Shown piece after piece: positions 63,350-64,000 of a stretch of 64,000 nt of DNA (the stretch's first letter is position 1; the number at the start of each line of letters is the position of its first letter). The stretch is from Octopus sinensis (taxonomy: Eukaryota): NCBI RefSeq assembly GCF_006345805.1, contig NC_043016.1, positions 13,764,001 to 13,828,000 on the forward strand. The letters run 5' to 3'. A program made the translations under genes and the position numbers. A model generated the notes under the pieces. The model searched no databases. It was given only the letters and a program-made list of their open reading frames with translations, and had not been told where the DNA came from.

Positions 63350-64000
63350 GACAGTATATACATTTCATTCAAACATATATATACGTGCACATGCACAGAC
63401 GCAATAACAACACATTATCTAGTTTGTTTTTGGTTTTGTCTTTAAATAATTGTGTATTAATCCGTGTAATTAAGATATATTAATTTCTTTATGTCCGTTA
63501 TTTATATTGAGCTTATAACATCAAATATAGGGTTAAAAAAAACAAAACAAGTACTTCATTAAAAAAAAAAAAAAACTAAATATGTATTTAAGAAAATATA
63601 AATATAAATATAAATAATAAAATTCATTCCACGTTTATATTTGTTTCCTGAATACATTAGCGGTACCAGGAAAGTAAATCTAACCATTTATGAAATTTTG
63701 GTCTTCCATACTAAGCTGTAGATATTCTTGTAATCAGACGTTGTAATGGAAAAATCCCAGCTTTGTGGAACTTTCTAATAACCGCTTCTTCGCTCTCATA
63801 ATCACTTGATTTTTGTTAAGTTGCTATCTTTGTTATTTGTTTTAATTGTTCTACATATTTTATTCCATTAAAGAAAAAGTCCCGTTTTCGAAGTCTTTCG
63901 CATTTGCACTTGCTTTGACTATTTAAACCGTTTTTTTACCTTTTTACACATTTTCATTTTCTTTATAAAATCATCCTTTAGATTTCAATCGCTTTGTTCT

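Overview
AT-rich, repeat-saturated animal DNA. The tRNA-derived SINE families, (TA/CA)n oceans and RTE, mariner, CR1 and Penelope-like relics look like octopus (coleoid cephalopod) intronic or intergenic sequence; the species assignment is inference. No host gene can be confidently identified: almost all ORF-track entries are microsatellite read-throughs or decayed transposon ORFs, and only a few short candidate exons have plausible splice signals. The most notable signal is non-coding. Several unrelated, (TA)n-embedded, often palindromic non-autonomous elements carry minimal type I hammerhead ribozyme motifs with short palindromic stem III, the dimer-type motif known from Penelope-like elements. 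One family has the core C3-G8 pair swapped to G3-C8 (intact copy 56793-56842; same swap in two other copies). Another shows three hammerhead strands in a non-nested order (14420-14482). A (TAA)n hotspot at about 42-46.3 kb holds three R4/Dong-type LINE fragments and a 564-bp ORF-less element with the same target preference. All folds and alignments were done by eye.
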